From Klebsormidium nitens (taxonomy: Eukaryota; Plantae; Klebsormidiophyceae), in NCBI GenBank assembly GCA_000708835.1, contig DF237034.1, positions 1 to 64,000 of the forward strand: 64,000 bases of DNA, in the 5' to 3' direction. Position 1 is the stretch's first letter; the number at the start of each line of letters is the position of its first letter. The notes under the pieces were generated by a model. It saw only the letters and a program-made list of their open reading frames with translations. It made no database searches and had not been told where the DNA came from. A program made the translations under genes and the position numbers. This document shows, one piece after another, positions 36,001-53,336 of the stretch.

Positions 36001-37657
36001 CAACGCGCACAATGAAAAGGACTCAGACCTTCCTGACAGCAGCTTTGGTGAAACTGGAGATGCTTGAGCAGACATTGAGTCCATGCCCGTTTATCCTTTT
36101 TGTCATACTGGCTCCTTTGGGTGAGCATCGAGATTTGAAGAGGAGGACAGCGGCCTAAGATGCATGGCAGTCTTTTGGAACATCTCACTCAAGGTGGTTG
36201 AATGGAACCCATGGCCAACGCAATCTTGCATCCTTACTACCCAAGTACCCTACTTAGCGAGGCTTCAAGAGCTCCCTCCATGATAAATGAGGAGTCTTTG
36301 ATGCTCTCGCCAGCCTGGCCTGTGCTTCTTTTGAGATGCCGCCTCTTGACTTGTGCAGGTGCGGACGCGGGCGCTTTTGGGCGACTACCACCGTGTCCTT
36401 GCACCTGGCACTTACATCGTCCACGTGTCAGCCCCAGGGTTCAAGAACGAGACGGCTACAGTCATCATTGATGCGGACGCCCCCAGAGTGCTAGACTTTC
36501 GGCTGACAGCCTCCCCTGCAGGGACGCCCAGCAGACGCAGTGAGGGGGGTGCGTTTGTGGAGGGGGCCGACGGGGAGGGGCCTTTGAATGTGGGCAGCAG
36601 GGTCGGGGGCCGAAATGTGACGCAGCCGCTGCTTGGGAAGGACAATGCGACGTGGGGCGTGGCGGCGGGTCAAGAGGAACGGAGTGTGCGGGCGCTGTCC
36701 CCAGCAGACACGACGGCCGGGGATCGCAGCCTTGCACGGCCGCAGGCAAGGGTGGGAGCGGAAGGGGGCCGGTGGGATGCCGGGGGGGAACTAGAGGAGG
36801 GGCGCGGGGTTAAGCTGCCCCAGGTACGAGAAGCAGACGCGGTGATGACGAAGGGGGAGTGGGGGAGCGAAGGGCAGGTTGGAGGGCAGGAGAGGCAGGA
36901 AGAGGCGTTGACACAGGCCCGGCTACGAGGGGCGCAGGGGCAGCGGGGGATCAGCCTGGAGGAAGGGCGGGGGCGAAGCGGGGACGGGGAGGAGGACGCA
37001 GAAGACGAGGACGAAGGCGGGCAGCGCCGGGCGGTGCCGCGGGACAGGCTGGGGGCAGCAAAGGGCGCGTTCGACGCCAAGGACGACCGGAAGCGTACGG
37101 GCGACTTCGGGCAGAACGCAGCGTGGGTAGACACGGGGGGAGGGGAACGGGAGGTGGTGGCCGGCGCCAAGAGGGCGGCAGAGCGGAAGCGGGTGGAGTG
37201 GGGGGTGGGTGGGCGGGAGAACGTGGGCGGGGGGGACGGCCTGGACGAGCGGTTCCGGGAAGCAGGCAACGGAGGGAGGCTCGAGGCCCTGGGAGGAGTG
37301 GACACAGCCGAAAGTCGGGACCCGAGGATAGGGGGTGCAGGCGCCGGAGACCTAGATCCAAATGGGGACGAGATCTTCGTAGGCAAATCGGACGGCGAGA
37401 GGCCGTTCATTCCAAGAACAGGGACGTTCCCTGACTCCCCAGGCAACGAGCAGCGGACTCTAGATTCATACTATGCGGAGGGGCGGTCGACGTGGCACCA
37501 TCTGACGATGGCCATGGCGGTTGTCTTTACATTCATGTTGCTCATACTCTGGAGTTGGCTGCGGGGGAGAAGGACGAGAAGCTACATGGTGCGCGGCCGG
37601 CCTGCGCGAATTGCGCGAGTCCCACAGATAGGCGGTCCGGGTCTCTTTCGGGACTGA
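33015..37657 (+). CDS. Zinc carboxypeptidase D / SOL1-like (M14B) type I membrane protein
   Basis: Signal peptide MRRWLLLGFLSACLCVGEVLG. Motifs VGNMHGDEPTGRE (HxxE), PSLNPDGF, GIDLNRDFPD, ASLH, NYPWDG, GGITNGAAWYPLYGGMQDWNY, ITIEV. A beta-sandwich segment GDYHRVLAPGTY is followed by a long G/E-rich stalk, a TM helix (~37501-37560) and a basic tail. Confidence 0.93.
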
Positions 37658-38051
37658 GCTCTTACAGGTGACCTGGCAACTTACATACAGATATCACTGG
37701 CCGTGTACTCTACTTGAATATTATCATCTTGGTTTCAATGTTCTTGCACCTGTTAGCGTTCCGTAGTGCGTCTGTGCTTGATAAACAGATTCAGCAACGT
37801 TTACAGAGTTGTCTGCTTGGCTAAGCAATTCAGAATGGCGGCGCACGCGAATTACGTCCAGACGTATGCAGCCAGCGCCGACCAAGTTCATGGTCAATCC
37901 AAATATTGCGCCTGCGTCCGGGCAGGCTAGCCCGCGTTGAAGCTCGACATATGCAATATACTATTCCTCAGTGACCGTCTACCTTAATTGCATCCGATGT
38001 ACTCCCTATGTCTCATGGTAGGATCGAACTTATACGAGCCTGAGGAGCATC

Positions 38052-38133
38052 ACTATCCCGGGTCTGCCGGAGACCGTGCTCATGCATGGCTCCAACGTGG
38101 CTAAGGGCGTTACAATCAATGAGTTAAGTTACC
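38052..38133 (+). repeat. Dispersed ~80 bp repeat, copy 1
   Basis: actatcccgggtctgccggagaccgtgctc...catggctccaacgtggctaaggg...aagttacc aligns with 44271-44352. Confidence 0.75.
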
Positions 38134-38629
38134 ATCATTGTGGAGCAAACAATTACATAGCCGCTGAGCAAACTGGCAATATGTCTCGCACGTTGGGCAG
38201 CCTAGTCCTGCGTAGTTGCTGCACACGTTCATGCATCGCGAACTAGCTCTGCATGTCTGAACTCGAGGAAAAGGGCTTCGGGCGGCCGAGATGTCGGCTG
38301 TGCAATGATATATATATCATTGTTTTCCGACAGGCCTGCACCCATATCCCCTTCATGATGCACTTCATTACATGCAACAGCCAACTCTGTGTACAGAGAA
38401 TGATTGGTTGCAAAAGAGTCAACCATTATTTCTGGCCTTTCTGCCACACATTTAGTCCTTTGCGAATATAACACCTTCATACTTCAGAGAATAGCAGCCT
38501 GAAGGTCACCTGCATCGCGACTTGCTTTGCTGACCGGTCCTGGCTGCGGGCATGTTGTGTTGTGCTGAGATTTGCATTTACTTCACAACCTGGGGCTTCA
38601 AGGCGTTTTACGGTTGGTTTGACGGCACC

Positions 38630-42615
<3,986 letters not shown>

Positions 42616-43382
42616 TGCGACAGAGGAAGCTGCCACGGGACGACGACACATGTGTCATGATGCGACCGAGGATCCTCTTGCACCTGTGAGCGAGAACTAG
42701 GCTCTCGATCCTCTACGCCTTCACCTTTCTGTCTTGCAACCTGCGAAATGAACTTAACAGTTACAGTTACCGTTGTCTCTTTAACACCATTACCGTGCAC
42801 TACTGCTAGTAATAGTATAGCCTCAGAATACCTAGCCTATAGGGACCATACCGTACTTCTCCGCAGCCATTGCTGGCCGGTGCCAGTGGCGCTTTGACCT
42901 GGCCTCAGACACATTCCAAGGCAATATGTACTTGCATGGCAGTGCATGGCATTGGTAGATTGTGGGGTGAGGCCAAGGCCAGCCGGACAGCCGAAGGCTC
43001 GTGGGGGCTCAGCACAGACAAGGCCAGCACAGCAGCACACATGGTTGAGGAGTCGACAAGAAGGAATAGTACGAATAGTAGGTATTAGGAGAGCGTGCTG
43101 ATTCTCTCGTTGTACCGGATTCCCTTTTTGAGAGAGAAAGCAAGAGCTGGGGATGAGGTTCTGGTCAAGGTGACACTAGCATTGGGGCTGGTAACATTAC
43201 TCTCGCTGAAAAGTAATAGCTGCGGCTTCGTGCCAGTGAGTCGCTGTGCCCAACAACAGCGGTGTGGTTTGTCTGCGAGCACAGCATGCTGTTCTTGTCT
43301 GCCAATAGGAGTCGTGTGCTGGGTCGAGGATGTGCAAGCTCTAAATAGTGCCGGGGAAGGTTCGTGTAGCCCCTTACAAAAC

Positions 43383-43676
43383 ATGAAAGCTGCTTATTCT
43401 TCTCGATTGCTGGTTACATTGAAACGCAGCTTTGCAGGCAATCAGGCAGAAGTCTGTGATACCTTGAAAGCTTTAGGTCTCAAAGGGAAGATCAATCAGA
43501 CAGTAGAGAAGCAGAATACAGCCTCTATTCGAGGGATGATTGCCAAAGTGAAGAGACTTGTGGAAGTAGAGACTTTTGAGATGCATCAGCACCGCCTTGC
43601 AGAAGAAGCACATCAAAAGGCCCCTCAGCCTCCTTTCATTGTGGAGCATGGCACAGGTCCTAAGCAGGCCAACTGA
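43383..43676 (+). CDS. RPL30 (uL30m): Ribosomal protein uL30, probably mitochondrial; intronless CDS
   Basis: RLLVTLKRSFAGNQAEVCDTLKALGLKGKINQTVEKQNTASIRGMIAKVKRLVEVE matches the bacterial-type L30 pattern, with a eukaryotic-style C-terminal extension. Confidence 0.85.
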   Translation: MKAAYSSRLLVTLKRSFAGNQAEVCDTLKALGLKGKINQTVEKQNTASIRGMIAKVKRLVEVETFEMHQHRLAEEAHQKAPQPPFIVEHGTGPKQAN

Positions 43677-44270
43677 TTAAGGTACAAATGTTGCTACCAA
43701 CTGATGCAGTACCGTAGCGGATGACAACTGGGGGAAAAAACCCCCTGGTAACCGACAAGAGTTTGGCAGATTAGAGGAATGCCATGGTTGGTACTCCCTA
43801 CAGATGCCCACCATCTCAGTTTGCGCAGTGCTGCAGGAAGCAGTTCTGATAGCCAGTGAATATCTTTCTCAACTTCTGGCCATTAAATCAATCACAAGTT
43901 CCGGTTGGCAGTTTAGTTGAAAGAGCTAATAGATGGCTGATAATGCTCGGTACGATGTATTGAAGAAAGATGGTGATTGACCTATAGATGCAAAAGACAG
44001 ATCTTTTTGGGGAAGCCTCAGGCCGCCCTGGTCATGGCGTCACAAAGAAGACCATCATTTTCCTGAGGATTTACATGGAAGCTTCAGGTGCAACATGACT
44101 AGCCGGATTATACAATCAAATGAAAGCAACGGTCAGCTGGTTTGTGCACATGCCTCGCAACTATGCAGTGGTGAATCATAAAACAATGCCCCTGGTTGGC
44201 AGATAATACAGCGCTGCATCTATACATGTTGATGATGTGGTGCAGTGAACTCCACGCGTAATGTCAACAA

Positions 44271-44352
44271 ACTATACCGGGTCTGCCGGAGACCGGGGCT
44301 CCATGGCTCTAATGCGGCCAAGGGACAGCATTAATTTAATTGAGAAGTTACC
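44271..44352 (+). repeat. Dispersed ~80 bp repeat, copy 2
   Basis: actataccgggtctgccggagaccggggctccatggctctaatgcggccaaggg...gaagttacc aligns with 38052-38133. Confidence 0.75.
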
Positions 44353-44795
44353 GCTATGCATGAAGTGTTGAGTTGAATTCTCGACATGGCCTGATTGAAT
44401 CCGGTGTTAATGCAACTGCAACCGCGATGCACGCTAGTGAACCATGTATATGTAGTGCGTAAAACTTCTCTAATTAAGTACCGGCGCCCAAGTACACACT
44501 TTCAACTTACGTTTCTTGTCACTAGTGTCTCACCAATCCAATGACTGCAACCGTTAGCGAGGATTTGGACAGATACTAGATGAGCAAATTTAAAGTCATA
44601 TCAATGATGATGTCTTGCATCACTTGGGCCAATTGGCGAAGTCCTTTTCTATGAGTATATATGGGGTCTCCAAAGCTTTAACAAACCGGTTCACACCTTT
44701 TAACCTATACAAGGATGCGGAACGATTGTTTCTTTGCGACTTTTGTCAACCCTGCGAACAAGCGCATCTCGATCACAGGTGGTAACTCGATCCTT

Positions 44796-46371
44796 CTACC
44801 GGCTACTTCTATCCACGTTGGGCCTCCTTGATGCATCTTGCCAATCATCTACTTTCGAGTTAAACACAAAGCTTGGGAACTGAGTGGATATGTCCTTCAA
44901 CTGTGGGAGTGTCATCTTGGAAAGGGTTGCTGGGTGATGCTTGACCATTTCTTGCCATTCAAGTTGATCAATCTTCCCATCTTTGTTGATGTCTGCCTCT
45001 TCAAAAGTTTGATCAACAATAGCGTCTATCTGCTCTTCATTTAGCTCAAGGCTCGTATTCTCTTGCATAAGCGACATCAACATCTCCTTGACCTCCGCCC
45101 ACTCAATATACCCCGTCTGCATGAGACGGCAAGAAATCTTGGTCAACTGGAGATTGTGAGAGTCCAGTTTCAGCCAAGATCGATTTGAAACATGTCGTTC
45201 CTTCACCCAGTTTATTGTCCTCACAAACACTAACACGATAAGAATGGTTGATTGCTTGGCGGCGTTGCTAGGCGGACCCGGGGAAATGCCATTTATGGTA
45301 AGATTTTGAGCAACAAGGCACTACTTAAAAGAGGCTGAAAGGAGATGAGCACTTACCTCGTGAAGGTCATACAGATGGTACGCAAAATCAATCTTCTGTT
45401 GGACTGGAGCGTTTGGATGGAAGATGCTTAAGGACCGAATGAAATCTCCAAACCCAATCACTCCGTTGTGCTCCATGTCAAACAGCTCAAACACCCGATC
45501 CGCAAAAATGTTCTGCACTGAAGCATTGCCAAACATGACCTCCTTGAACTCCTCCAAGTGAATAACCCCGTCGTCGGAGAGCGAGCTGCTGACCTGCAGA
45601 GACAACAACAATTCAGAGCGGAAAAGCAGTGTAAAGCAAGACAGATTTTGCACTGGCTTTCATATCTCACACGTGTCACTCTCAAGGTTAAGGAATCTGT
45701 CTGCACCAGATTGCTGTCCATGTGACTCACGAGCGGCTCAGAGCTCATTAAAGAGTGCTTGCCGCAATAATTTTGGAAGATGAATGTCTGCATGTTGTAC
45801 AAAGTTATTCAAAAATGACATGGCATCACCAAATTAGGCCCTGGAGATTCGGACCTCAACGGTTGCAGAGTAGCCTCCGTCAATATTGACTCACCTTTTT
45901 AAACAACTCATACAAGGCCTCTACTTCACTGATGGTAAAAGCAGTCTCACTTGCCAAAATCTGCAAGAAGCAGGTACTCAACAAGTTGCATCAGTGTATT
46001 AGATATCACTGGGGTGCCCCCTACATTTGCGGGTTTTTGTTTTAGCATGTACTGGGGGCAGCTCCTTACAGACCCAGCAAAGATGGACATTCACAACTCA
46101 GGACTGTGATTGGTCTTCTATCCACAATTTCTACAATAAGGGAATGGCCTGAGAAAAGGCCTTCTTGTCAACTCAAGAAACAATCACTAGGATCTGCATT
46201 CAACCCCTTTCTTCACATTTTCATTTACCAGAGCAATAGGCGGACGAAGTACTAGAAACTCCATTGTCAACCATTGGTCCTTACCTTGGGATCTTCATAT
46301 CCAGGCGGTCGCCTGTTCTCTTCTTGCAGATTAAAGCAATTACCCAAGATGGGCAAGCACGCCCAAGACAT
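44796..46371 (-). CDS. CBL: Calcineurin B-like calcium sensor (EF-hand protein)
   Basis: Exons 46371-46285, 45960-45895, 45593-45357, 45116-44796. Motifs [62 protein letters not shown] and the C-terminal FPSFVFNS motif. Confidence 0.93.
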
Positions 46372-47202
46372 CCGGTGCATCAGGGTTACCACAAAGAGAT
46401 CTACAGGAAGTAATGCCACAAGGAGTACCTGAGATCCAGCAATTCTACAGTAGTGCCAATGCTGAAGGCTCCAGCGGTCCAGAAAGTCGTGTGCTCAGGC
46501 AGACAAGCTCTGTGCAGATCCCAGGGCCGGTTTGAATGGACCCTCGCGCACAGCATGAGTTGCTGCAGAGCCTGCATGTGAGACTTTGAAAGCCAAGTTC
46601 ACCGGACTGGCTAGCCAGCTAGTAGCTTCAAGCAAGCAGGGATCCCCATACTGCATGAAGCCGTATGGTCTATATAGGTAAGAGCCTTGGCAGAGACCCG
46701 AGAGCCAATATTCGATGAAGAACTGAATCCTGAGCCCAGAAGTACACATATAGTGTAGTACATCACTATCCGCCGGTTTTGGCATCAACCGGCATTGTCG
46801 TTTTACCAGCGATCTCGTTTGGAGACCATCTTTTCTTGTCGAACACGCCGCTTGCAAAGCGTCATTTACCGGTCTTACGCTCGTCATGGGAGAAGTCATG
46901 CATTGCAAATCACTTGCGAAAAAGACGCAAAACAATGCCATAAGCAGGAGAACCTGCAGAGGTTATACCTGCATCAGCACTCCACGAGCACCTTCTCTAC
47001 TGAAGTCTGGGGACTCGTGCAAGCACTTGGAAGTGGGAACATAGGTAGCAAACAAGACTCAATGACAAAAGCTCAGCCTCAGGGGTGGCAGCCTGGCGGC
47101 CTTGCAGGACGCTTTTGACCTTGTATTCAGTAAGAATAATCCCAGATTTGAAAGGTAAAGTAGCAATGGCTCTGGTTGTCTGACAGATACAGCGTAGATA
47201 AA

Positions 47203-50200
47203 ATGGATGAGAAAAGCTTGCGGCTATGGGTAAGCGATCAGTTGTATTCCCTGCTGGGGTATGCAGAAGCCAATTTGGAAGCCTACATCATCACACTAGG
47301 TGCGTGAACAAACCCTTTTTTACTATCTGAGAAGGTGCATCATTGATTGTTCTGATTGCTGTTGGGGCGTCCGTCATTCCTGTTAATGTCGAGAATGAAG
47401 TGATATCACATCGATCCTGGGGCATTGGATTCTGCAAAGTCTGCTCTTGAGTTGACTGTTGGTTACTTCAAAATATATAGAAGGAATGGGTCACCAGCAT
47501 CTCGACGGCCTAGTGCAGACACCTGACAACTCATTCACTTGTGCAGCCAAGCGTGCTTCGTCCTCAGAGGCGCTGGCCGGTCTGCTTGCGGGCCAACTGG
47601 GTGATGGCAAGGTCACGCCCAGTGAAGTGGCTCAGTTTGCTCAGGCGCTGTATGACAACGTTCCGCACAAGGGGCCAGCCCGCAAGGTATGCCCCTGACA
47701 TTAGAACTGGCTGGTTGGCTGGTGCACATAGCTTTCGTTTGGAGATGTGTTCAGTGCCTAAGAAGTCAGGATGCGGTCTTTCTTTTTGTCAAGCTGCATC
47801 ATGAGTTTGTTCAACATTTTCAGGCCGTCTGAGTCCTGGAACCAGCCTGCTTTCGTGCCTGCTTCTTTGCGATGGGCTACCTCAGGTGCTCAGCTGCTCG
47901 TACTCCCACTGGAGTATACCCAAACAATTCTCCCCTGCAGGCTTATCAGGAGGAGGTCCGTGTAGCAGCCGAGTACGCTCGTAAGCAGCAGCGGTATGCG
48001 CTCATTGAGGCTGACCCTGACGAGGATGCGGACGTGCCTTCCACCAGCGCGCCTGCTCCGGAGCCGGCTGGTGGAAGTAGCAGGAGGGGTAGCAAGCAGA
48101 AGAAGCATTTGAGGAAGAAAAAGGGGTCCGACGATGATGCGGGCAGCAGCGATGATGGGGTGGTGCGGCCGGCCCCAAAACGTAGCCGGCGAAGGGGGGA
48201 TGCGAGCGAAGAGGAAGATGACGAGGAACGAGAACGGAGGGCGGAGAGGGAGCGGGACCAGGCGGAGAGGGCCGACTTTGAGGACCGGCTTCGGGAGAAA
48301 GACGAGGCGAGCACGAAGAAGGTGGTGGAACCGAAGCTGAGCAAGGCGCAGCGTGCGGAGGCGGAGAAGCGGGCCAAGGGGGAGGCAGACCGGGAAATGG
48401 TGCCCAGTCTGCGGGACGTGTCGCGGCAGGAGTACCTGGCGAAGCGAGAGGCACAGAAGCTAGCGGAGCTGCGGGACGAGCTGCTGGACGCAGAGATGCT
48501 GTTCAAGGGGGTGAAGCTGACGCGGGCGGAAGAGGCAGAGCTGGCGTACAAGCGGCAAGTGTACCAGCTGGCACTGCAAAGGGCGGCAAAGCTGGAGGAG
48601 AAAGAGGACGGGTACCACATGCCCACCGCATACGATGAGGACAAGATGGGCCACGTAAAGCGGTTTGACGTGGCGCTGGACCGGTACAAGGAGCCAGAGA
48701 CGGACGCCGCGACGCCGTGGGCGGAGCAGGACACGTGGGAGAAGAAGCAGCTGGGGAATGCCACGCTCACTTTTGGCGCCAAGGACCGGAAGCAGGCGGG
48801 GGAGGAGTACGAGTACGTGTTTGAGGACCAGATCGACTTCATCCAGAGTGAGCTGCTGGCGGGCGCGGACGAGGGGGAGGAGCCGGAGGACCTGAAGAAG
48901 GAGGCGGCGTCGCAGGCGCGTACGGCGCACGAGAAGATGCAGGAAGGGCGCAAGCAGCTGCCAATGTTCGTGTACCGGGAGGAGCTGCTGAAGGCGATTG
49001 CGGATCACCAGGTGTTGGTGATTGTCGGGGAGACGGGGTCCGGGAAGACGACGCAGATCCCGCAGTACCTGCACGAAGAGGGGTACACGAAGCGGGGCAA
49101 GGTGGGGTGCACACAGCCGCGGCGCGTGGCGGCGATGAGCGTGGCTGCGCGCGTGGCGGAGGAGGTGGGGTGCAAGCTGGGCAACGAGGTCGGGTACAGC
49201 ATCCGTTTCGAGGACTGCACGAGTGACAAGACGGTGATCAAGTACATGACGGACGGCATGCTGCTGCGCGAGTTCCTGGGGGAGCCGGACCTGGCCAGCT
49301 ACTCCGTCATGATGATCGACGAGGCGCATGAGCGCACACTGCACACCGACATCCTCTTTGGACTCGTCAAGGTAGGCGCACAAATTTCGGTTGACCTTCT
49401 TGTCTTACTGCAGATGCTATGGTGGTCTGTATTGTAGAGTCAACTTCAACTTTGTTGGTTTGTTGGAACAAAGAAATTCGTTTTTCATGGCATGCAGGTC
49501 TCTTTTTACGTCAAATCGTCTAGTCAAGTGGAAATTAGTGAGGGTCTTCATCAGCGGCCCGCTGCTGAGTCTGAGTTCGTGTAGGTGATTGTAGTAAATG
49601 CGCGTGTCCCTCCCTGCGCGTGGAAGTCGAATCTTTCCACATCAGTCTGAGTCATGTGTCGTGCTGTTGGTCGCCCCTCCAAGTTTTCGCAAGGACTTAT
49701 GATTCAGATCCGCAAATGCTCTTGGTGCTCAATGCTCGCCTTGCAATCAATTAGCTCTCGTGCTCGGTGTCTCCCAGGACATTGCCCGCTTCCGCCCCGA
49801 CATCAAGCTACTCATCTCCAGTGCCACGCTAGACGCCGAAAAGTTCTCGGAGTACTTTGACGGCGCGCCCATCTTTCGCATCCCCGGGCGGCGTTATCCG
49901 GTGGACATCCTGTACACGAAAGCACCTGAAGCGGACTACCTGGATGCGGCGGTGGTCACTGTGCTGCAGATCCACGTCACGCAGCCTGCAGGGGATGTCC
50001 TGGTTAGTGCCCTTCCTGACTTGGCCAGACTGCTTAGTCGATGGTCACGAAAGGTACACTGCGATTAATTCGCATCTCGCCTACTTACTCTTCACGAAGG
50101 TTATTGCGTTGCTGCAAAGCCCTCGAGAGTATTGAACAAAAACGCGACGAAGGTTTTCCTTACTGAAGCAATTTCCTGGATGGGACGGACAGCTTCACCT

Positions 50201-52320
50201 GCTTTCTTTGGACACTTTGACTTTCTTCGTCGGTTTCGATGTTCGGATGAACGTTGATGCTCAAGTACTAGGGACAGGACGGATATTTGAAGTTTGTCTT
50301 TTGAGTCCTTGACCATGGACTTGCCCTGTGCGTGGGGAGCCGACCCGCGTTTCTGTCCAGCGGTCTTGTTGCGCACTGTTTTGACCACCTCACTCGCCAC
50401 CTCGCAGGTATTCTTCACGGGCCAGGAGGAGATCGAGGCGGCGGAGGAGATCTTGAAGGGCCGCCTGCGCGGCCTGGGCACCAAGGTGGCGGAGCTGCTG
50501 ATCTGCCCCATCTACGCCAACCTGCCGTCCGACCTGCAGGCCAAGATCTTCGAGCCGACGCCCGAGGGCGCGCGCAAGGTCGTGCTGGCCACCAACATCG
50601 CGGAGACGAGCCTCACCATCGACGGCATCAAGTACGTCATCGACCCCGGCTTCTGCAAGCAGAAGAGCTACAACCCCAAGAGCGGCATGGAGAGCCTCAT
50701 CGTCACGCCCATCTCCAAGGCGTCCGCCAACCAGAGGGCAGGCCGGGCAGGTACGCCTCCCTGCATCAAGAGTGCATTTTTCTTTTTGCGAAGACTGGAA
50801 TTGGCCGTTTTCCCTCAACCGCTTTCCTGTCTGTAGAGCCGCTTTGACAAGCGTGAGAGTGTAAAGGCGGTGCTGACCCCGTGTATCGCTGCTGTCGTCT
50901 GGCACTAGTATCCCGTTCGGACACGTTAAGGAGAGCAAGTCTTGTCATGATGTCGCCTTTCCTGCGCCCTCAGGAGATTCGACTCTTTCCGGACCTTGTA
51001 TTTCGCTCTGACCCCCTCCCCCTCCTTTCTTGCTGTCCAGGCCGCACGTCCCCCGGCAAGTGTTTCCGGCTGTACACGGCGTGGTCGTACCAGCACGAGC
51101 TGGACGACAACACGGTCCCCGAGATCCAGCGCACCAACCTGGGCAACGTGGTGCTCATGCTCAAGTCGCTCGGCATCAACGACCTGCTCAACTTCGACTT
51201 CATGGACCCGCCCCCCGCCGAGACGCTCCTCAAGGCGCTCGAGCAGCTGTACGCGCTCGGCGCGCTCAACGACCGCGGCGAGCTGACCAAGATGGGCCGC
51301 CGCATGGCGGAGTTCCCAGTGGACCCCATGCTGGCCAAGATGCTGATCGCGTCCGAGAAGTACGGCTGCGTCGACGAGACCGTCAGCGTGGCCGCCATGC
51401 TCAGCGTCGGGAACGCCATCTTCTACCGGCCAAAGGACAAGCAGGTGGGGCTCGGGACAAGCGTCCGCTTCTCGTCCGTTTGGGCACAATCTCTCTGAAA
51501 TTTTAGTTCTGCTTGCCAGCAACTTCCTCAGCTCTTTACGAAGCTTTTTGGATCGACGTTGTGCTTTGGCTTATATTCTTCTGATCTATCGTGTATTCTT
51601 TGACCGGCTTTTTGCACAGGTGCTGAGCTGTAATGCTTTTGCCAAGTGCAAAAATTCCGGCTTGACCAATTTCAGAGTGTGTGTGCTGGCGTCGGCACAG
51701 GAAGCTCTCCCTTTGGATGGCCCTTCACGTCCCCCACTCGGCCGCTGACGCTGGTTGTGGCCCGTTGCTTTCAGGTGCACGCGGACAACGCTCGCGCCAA
51801 CTTCAACATGGGCAACGTGGGCGACCACCTGGCGCTGCTGAACGTGTACCGCAGCTGGGCGGAGACCAACTTCAGCACGCAGTGGTGCTTCGAGAACTTC
51901 GTGCAGCCGCGCAGCATGAAGCGCGCGCGCGACATCCGCGACCAGCTGGAGGGCCTCATGGAGCGGGTCGAGATCGAGATCGTGAGCAACCCGGGCGATC
52001 TGGACGCCATCAAGAAGACCATCGCGGCCGGCTTTTTTTACCACACCGCCAAACTGCAGAAGACGGGCGCGTACCGCACTGTCAAGAACCCACAGACCGT
52101 GTTCATTCATCCGAGTTCGGGGCTGGCGGAGGTGCTGCCGCGGTGGGTTGTGTACCACGAGCTAGTGTACACCACTAAGGAGTACATGCGCAACGTGATT
52201 GAGATCAAGCCCGATTGGCTGGTCGAGATCGCACCGCACTACTACAAGCTCAAGGACGTCGAAGACGCCGCAGGGCACAAGATGCCCAAGGGCAAGGGCA
52301 GGGCCGCTCTCGACGGCTAG
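47203..52320 (+). CDS. DHX16: Pre-mRNA splicing DEAH-box RNA helicase PRP2/DHX16 (ESP3-like)
   Basis: Exons 47203-47299, 47547-47686, 47941-49371, 49778-50002, 50408-50750, 51041-51444, 51775-52320. N-terminal [66 protein letters not shown]2/OB-fold tail. Confidence 0.96.
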
Positions 52321-53336
52321 AGCCGACACTGTGCGCGCAGGACAAAGAGGGTCAACTTATCAGGACAGCTCGCGTGGCTTCAACTTTTAGGTGTTTCACC
52401 AACTCCGATTGTGCTGTTAGTGAGATGCTTGCTGAGCATTAAAAGCCATAGGGACTGGATCTGATGCGGAACCCGAAGTGTTGCCGTTGTAAGCCGGAGC
52501 TCTGATCCAACCTTTAGAACGATGCTCAAAAAAGTTTCTCTAAAATAGCGGAGACCCGGACGATGTAAGAACGGTTAACCTAGGTCTGTAGAAAGGACGA
52601 GGGTCGCAGCGCTCCCTCGAGGCTCAGTCAAGGAGTCCCCAAAATTCTAGCCCAAGCCCAAGTGGCCTGGGGCTAGCTTGTCACGAACTGAACTTACTCG
52701 CAAGGAATCTCTTTCGAGGGCATGTGCTAGTACGATAGGAAGATCAACCTCTAGATACATCGCCTGCATGCCAGGCTTGTGATGGGCGACCAACTGTCAG
52801 TATACTATAGCGGGCTTTCGCGCCGGCCTGCACTTTGCATTTCTATGCTAGTAGACAATTGCGTGCCCCCGGAATGATGCAGGCTGCGTACGAGCTCCTG
52901 AGGCGCGCGGCCTCGCGGACGTTACAGAGTCTAAGCTTGCGTCATGCTCATGCCAGCAGCGGCCATATGTGTCATGGATCATGTGCAGCCATATGTGCCT
53001 AATTCGACACGGACGTGCCCGGCCATGATGGGCGCAATTTTCACATGGTGAATCTGTCACCGCATGCTGTTGTGCAGGCGTCTGCTGCATTTTCCACCAT
53101 GCTTTTGATCTCATGATCGTACGTGTTGAGTCAAATCCAGCTAGGTCGATGACTCTATTAAAATCGGACCTAAACGGATTACTCGAAAGTGCTGACTGTG
53201 TTTTGACCCAGGTTTTGACTTAATTGAGAACTTCGCAAGTAGTTTTCTTTTGATTCTCGTAGAAGTACTTTTGTTAAGAAGACCCAATCAGCTAGAGCCG
53301 CATGCTATAGCCGAAAGGTACTGACAAAAACGCCCG

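Noticed and set aside
43095-43382. Long in-frame extension upstream of uL30 in the ORF track
   Set aside because: It starts at a non-ATG codon and shows no similarity; the first ATG at 43383 gives a normal-sized protein.
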